The position numbers were made by a program, and so were the translations under genes. The notes beneath the pieces are model-generated. The model was not told the DNA's origin. It did not search any database and saw only the letters and a list, made by a program, of their open reading frames with translations. Shown here piece by piece: positions 61,513-64,000 of a stretch of 64,000 nucleotides of DNA (positions are counted from its first letter, which is position 1; every line of letters starts with the position of its first letter). The stretch comes from Lepidodermella squamata (lineage: Eukaryota > Animalia > Gastrotricha): positions 2,852,001-2,916,000 of the forward strand of contig JBLDXI010000001.1 of assembly GCA_047495785.1 (NCBI GenBank). Reading direction: 5' to 3'.

Positions 61513-64000
61513 TTTCTTCCCTCTAAAAAGATCGGTAAAAATGTGGTCACTCTCTTGTAATGGCGTGGGATTAGCTTCAGTATATTAGGTAACGTTTTTT
61601 TCAAGCGCTGGGGTGGAAAGTTAATGTTTTCGAGGAGTAGAGGGTCTCAGGGGCTATTATCTACAAGCATATAAATTGAAAATTCTTTTGTTGCTGTAGC
61701 ATGGCTGCGATAGTTATGCTGAAGCGCTCCGACACACGAATCACCCTTTCGCGACTAGTTCTTTTCTGGGCGCCACTAGTGTACGCGGCGTGATAATACA
61801 CATACTACTTGGCAGTATTATAACAATGGTCATCGTATTAATCTTGAAATGCCTTTTCGGCCTGAAGCGCGACGGGGTGATAAATAATAGAATGAAATAT
61901 TATATAAATCTGCGAACAAATAGCAGATGCATGTTTTTTCGCGTTCATCAGTTAAACCAAACGCCTCATCATCATCATCATCATCTGACTACTAAAACAC
62001 CAGTGTGTCCACTCTGTGGCATGTAAAGCTAGCTACGTGTGTTCATGTATGTATGCGTGTGCGTATTAAATTTGTCTCCCCTCACTCGTGTTCAACTTCA
62101 ACAGCGCACGCGGCAAAAAGATGCGCGCACGCGAAGAGGCAGCAAAAAATGACAACCATGCCGCCTTAAATATATATTTCATATACCTGCTACCGTTGCA
62201 TATGCTGTTAGTTATATATGAACAAATCGCCTTAAGCGAATTTCTTCTTCTTTTTATGCAACAAATGCGCGTGGCGAGTGCAAAGTAATAAATCGCACCC
62301 CGGCCCGGCCCGCGGTTCGCCGTAGACTTTTTAACTGGCCATCTAGGGTGAAGGGCGTTGATGAGTTGACAGAAGAAAAGCCACTTGCTGCCGCCAACTC
62401 ATCACGCGCATAGATACTTGGTCGCCGCGCGGCGTCATCATCAAAAAACGCGATTTAAATCTCACTTGACACCGCCTTTCTCACTCAGACTTACAAGTGA
62501 CCTTTGCGCGTAAAAAAACTCAAGCAACATGACAAGACTTTTTTTATTTAATCGGTTTACTTTTTTTCGCATAAAATAATCAATGTTAACACCAAATTTT
62601 CATGTCAAGAGGGCTAGGCAGTTGGCGACTTTTTTGTCTGGGTAATCCCTCCGATTCTAGAAAGCGGCCAAATCTGACAAATGATGATACGATATTAAAA
62701 AAAATATGTCAAAAAAATGCAAAAAATACCCTAAATACAACACGTCCAATAACCAGTTTTTCTGCCACTGGGCCGTAATGTCGCGAATCGATCGCTGAAC
62801 CTCGATTGTCTCCTGTGACCCATAAATGCGATTTTTTCAGGGCAGCCTGAAATTTGAGATTAAAAAATATTAAAAATATTAATCTTCACAAACTTTATCT
62901 TGAAGATCCCGCGTATTAGATATTACGCCATCCGGTGTGTTATGACAGCCGGTAACCCTCTTAACGACAACCTGGAGGGGATTGTTGGGTTTGCGGAGAA
63001 CAACAACGTCGTCTCTTAAAATACAAATTTCATCCTCAAAAAATTGGGGAAAATTGTAATTTTTTTATTACAACTGAGGCCGCCGTAGCCACCTTAACGT
63101 GATTCGATCGACCAAAACAAGGTCACCATCGTGCAGGGTTGGATACATTGAGTCACCCTCACACTACGGTAGAAAAAAAAACGAATTTTTTCGTAATTTT
63201 ATTTTTTTCGTCAAATTTACGTGCGCCAACACTGCGACGTGTTCGACGACGGCGTGAGCAGTCACAAAACCACCCAGTACAATCAAGGTGCCGTTTTTCA
63301 ACTTTGCCCAAATGCTTTTTCCGGCCATTTTTTTCTTGTAACAATTATTATAATGCGCGCTTTAAAGGGCAACAAGTTATTAACACAATGCAGATAGCGA
63401 TTAGCCAATTAACTTGACGCTGCACGTCTTTTGTACGCAAATTACGTGCACTGCACTTGACATCGAGTGGCAATTCTATACCTACATCCACTGCCATGTA
63501 TTTAGCAGCAATTACACGAAAATTACAACTCGTTCCCAATTAACGTCACGCTTCACTAAACAAAAACTCGATGCTGGTAGATTACGTTGTACCGGTGCCG
63601 TGTCAGTTTACGAAAATTTAACACACTAAATTCAAATCATAAAGGAAGAAATAGCCAGTGTTTTACACCATCAATGACAGTTTTATTCGAATTATTACCA
63701 ATATTTTTTTTCATAGAAAACAACGGCGCGTTTCGCCTGCACTTCTCTTCTTCATCGAGTCATCATAATAATTCTGATTATAATTTTTTTTCATCATGTT
63801 GCTTTGAATAGCTGTACGTCCGGCCATCGAGAAAAAACGGCCAGAAATATGTCGTCATATTCTTTCAAGTTATTTTTTCAAAGAATATTTTTTTACATTT
63901 TTAAGCGAGACGAAGAACAAGAATATTTTTCAGAGGCATGTAGAATTTATAGATTATACGATATTATTTTTATAGGTAGCAAACAACACTCCCGAGTCGA

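Overview
Eukaryotic (invertebrate-animal-like) genomic DNA with short GT-AG introns. No prokaryotic features or CRISPR arrays were seen. Left to right the host genes are: an OATP/SLCO transporter (-); five co-oriented minus-strand genes (sigma-like GST, orphan Cys-rich GPI-type protein, ENGase, TXNDC11-like, FGGY kinase), two pairs of which are only ~110-140 bp apart; a second OATP (+); a spliced protein kinase fused in frame to an intronless AIG1/GIMAP-like GTPase with a split RING2/Rcat-like Cys motif (-); a C10orf67-like coiled-coil gene (-); and two paralogous secreted vWA + mucin-like + Q/N-rich genes (-). A 16.6-kb transposon island spans 38428-55054. It holds a CAC...GTG-ended foldback element, a Mutator-like element nested in its left arm (9-bp TSD; open spliced ORF lacking most of the DDE core but keeping an OTU protease), and a nested array of three Helentron/HINE-like non-autonomous elements. 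Smaller pogo, Helitron, MITE and tRNA-SINE remnants lie in introns and intergenic DNA. The strongest candidates for something new are the kinase-GTPase-RING2-like fusion and the MULE-OTU element. All gene models were spliced by hand and family calls are from motif recognition, not database searches.
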